Assembly (NCBI GenBank): GCA_030615655.1
Contig: JAUWYU010000002.1
Coordinates: forward strand, 1 to 32,845
Direction: 5' to 3'
Length of the DNA: 32,845 nt
Source of the DNA: Dehalococcoidia bacterium
GTDB lineage: Bacteria > Chloroflexota > Dehalococcoidia > Dehalococcoidales > RBG-16-60-22
Part shown: in pieces, positions 31,799-32,845 of the stretch
Numbering within the stretch: the stretch's first letter is position 1
Layout of the letters: the number at the start of each line of letters is the position of its first letter
Translations under genes and position numbers: made by a program
Notes under the pieces: generated by a model
The model's database searches: none
What the model saw: the letters and a program-made list of their open reading frames with translations, nothing else
Told to the model about the DNA's origin: nothing

Positions 31799-32471
31799 AC
31801 CAGAGGAGATAACTCTGATGGAGAAGGCGACAACTAACCTGAGAGACAGGTTGTTGATTCGCCTGCTATACCGTCTTGGCTGTCGCATCTCCGAAGCCCT
31901 GGGTCTCACCGTGCAGGACATTGACTTCCACCAGGGTACGGTAACAATCCAGCACTTGAAGACCCGACTGAAGCTCTCCTGTCCGCACTGCTCATCCCGC
32001 CTCGGCCGGTCGCACCAGTTTTGCCCCAAATGCGGGCTCGAGGTGAAGGATGTAGTGGCTCGAGAGAGCGAACACCACCGGCTGAGGACGCTGCCAGTTG
32101 ACGAGGAGACGCTGGCGGTGCTCAAGGAGTACGTTGATCGGGGAGGGCCGGTGTCCCACGGCGGGAAGCAGCTTATCTTCGGTATTAACAGACACCGGGG
32201 CTGGCAGGTCGTTCGGGAGTGCGCCAGAAAGACGGGGCTCGGCAGCCTCCAAAACCCGGAAACAGGCAAGCTGCGTGGTATCAGCCCTCATCGATTGAGG
32301 GATGCCTTTGCCGTTCATGCGGTAAAACTGGATGATACGGGAGATGGTCTCAGACTCCTCCAGGAGCACCTTGGGCACCAGAGTTTCAACACCACAGCTA
32401 AGTACCGAAAGGTAGCTGGTGAAGAACACCGGGAATGGTATCAGCGGCTCTGGCCGGAGAATGAACCATGA
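31782..32471 (+). CDS. Tyrosine recombinase, catalytic domain only, with an inserted CxxC...CxxC zinc ribbon
   Basis: RDRLLIRLLYRLGCRISEALGLTVQDIDF (catalytic R), zinc-ribbon insert CPHCSSRLGRSHQFCPKCG, HRLRDAFAVH (HxxR), LGHQS (H), TAKY (Y). Only 229 aa, with no N-terminal core-binding domain. Confidence 0.85.
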   Translation: MKVYVEPEEITLMEKATTNLRDRLLIRLLYRLGCRISEALGLTVQDIDFHQGTVTIQHLKTRLKLSCPHCSSRLGRSHQFCPKCGLEVKDVVARESEHHRLRTLPVDEETLAVLKEYVDRGGPVSHGGKQLIFGINRHRGWQVVRECARKTGLGSLQNPETGKLRGISPHRLRDAFAVHAVKLDDTGDGLRLLQEHLGHQSFNTTAKYRKVAGEEHREWYQRLWPENEP

Positions 32472-32845
32472 CCCTGCTTCTCAAACCTCAGCATGGCGGA
32501 TTCCTGCGCCCCTTCGGCTGCGGCTGGTTTATCCGCGAATTTCTGATGGGGAGTGGCCCCTACAGTTCGCCCAAAATAGACCCGGATATCGGCGCGCCTC
32601 AGGCCGATATTTTCCACCACTACAAGATGGCTCTGATGCAAACCACGGCGCTGGATAGAGCTACCCGAGTAGAGGAGAAGAGAGCCAGGCGGGAGAAACG
32701 GCTAATCAACCCCGACAACATCGACAGGCTTGCTGAGAGATATCTGGCCCGTATGCCTTACAAGGCACAGGGCTGCCGTTCCCACAGCTTTGTCACTTAC
32801 TTTTCAACCATCCAGAAACTAGGCTGGGTTGAATTCACAGGCAGG
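32468..32845 (+). CDS. Hypothetical protein, 5' partial view (open to the window end)
   Basis: The ATG at 32468 overlaps the recombinase stop (ATGA). I translated 126 codons with no stop: MTLLLKPQHGGFLRPFGCGWFIREFLMGSGPYSSPKIDPD...FSTIQKLGWVEFTGR. Absent from the ORF track because it has no stop in the window. Confidence 0.5.
   Translation, partial: MTLLLKPQHGGFLRPFGCGWFIREFLMGSGPYSSPKIDPDIGAPQADIFHHYKMALMQTTALDRATRVEEKRARREKRLINPDNIDRLAERYLARMPYKAQGCRSHSFVTYFSTIQKLGWVEFTGR

Larger units (their letters stand above)
28472..32845. mobile_element. Integrative element (prophage/ICE-like remnant or island) abutting tRNA-Arg(CCT); right end outside the window
   Basis: An integrase sits directly against a tRNA, followed by an HTH regulator, an excisionase-like HTH protein, a DUF3854-like fragment and a second tyrosine recombinase. 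No housekeeping genes occur in this stretch. Confidence 0.6.

Overview
This is a bacterial chromosomal window of about 55-60% GC, mostly housekeeping and anaerobe-type redox genes, with two clearly foreign pieces. No rRNA genes or CRISPR arrays are present.

Layout, left to right:
- **pyr operon (minus strand):** pyrR, a pyrB-pyrI(Zn-domain) fusion, pyrC and pyrK, controlled by a complete PyrR attenuator. An AT-rich gene of about 34% GC is wedged between pyrC and pyrK. It encodes a 402-aa protein with a TIGR02391/HEPN-like R-x4-H motif.
- **SnoaL-like gene and two tRNAs:** tRNA-Trp and tRNA-Leu follow the SnoaL-like gene.
- **Plus-strand redox cluster:** FrdB-like Fe-S protein, FrdA/NadB-like flavoprotein, 2x[4Fe-4S] ferredoxin, acyl-CoA dehydrogenase and nadB.
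- **Housekeeping run:** parvulin PPIase, hom, thrC (apparently with a CTG start), folE and a lipoprotein, then gyrB on the minus strand.
- **GH3 and two-component unit:** a GH3-type adenylating enzyme is followed closely by a 7TM-GAF-PAS histidine kinase and an OmpR-family response regulator. A 27-nt tandem repeat lies upstream.
- **AprA/AprB-like pair (minus strand):** a large flavoprotein with a small ferredoxin, driven by a promoter embedded in a 19-bp perfect palindrome.
- **ABC-2 exporter.**
- **tRNA-Arg(CCT) and an integrative element:** the element runs off the right edge. It carries a tyrosine integrase whose ORF reads into the tRNA, an HTH protein, an excisionase-like protein, a truncated DUF3854-like ORF and a second, N-domain-less tyrosine recombinase with an inserted zinc ribbon.

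The best candidates for something undescribed are the HEPN-like solo gene inside the pyr operon, the tRNA-Arg element, the GH3-two-component unit, and the two Fe-S/flavoprotein modules.

All family assignments come from reading motifs by eye. No database search was run.
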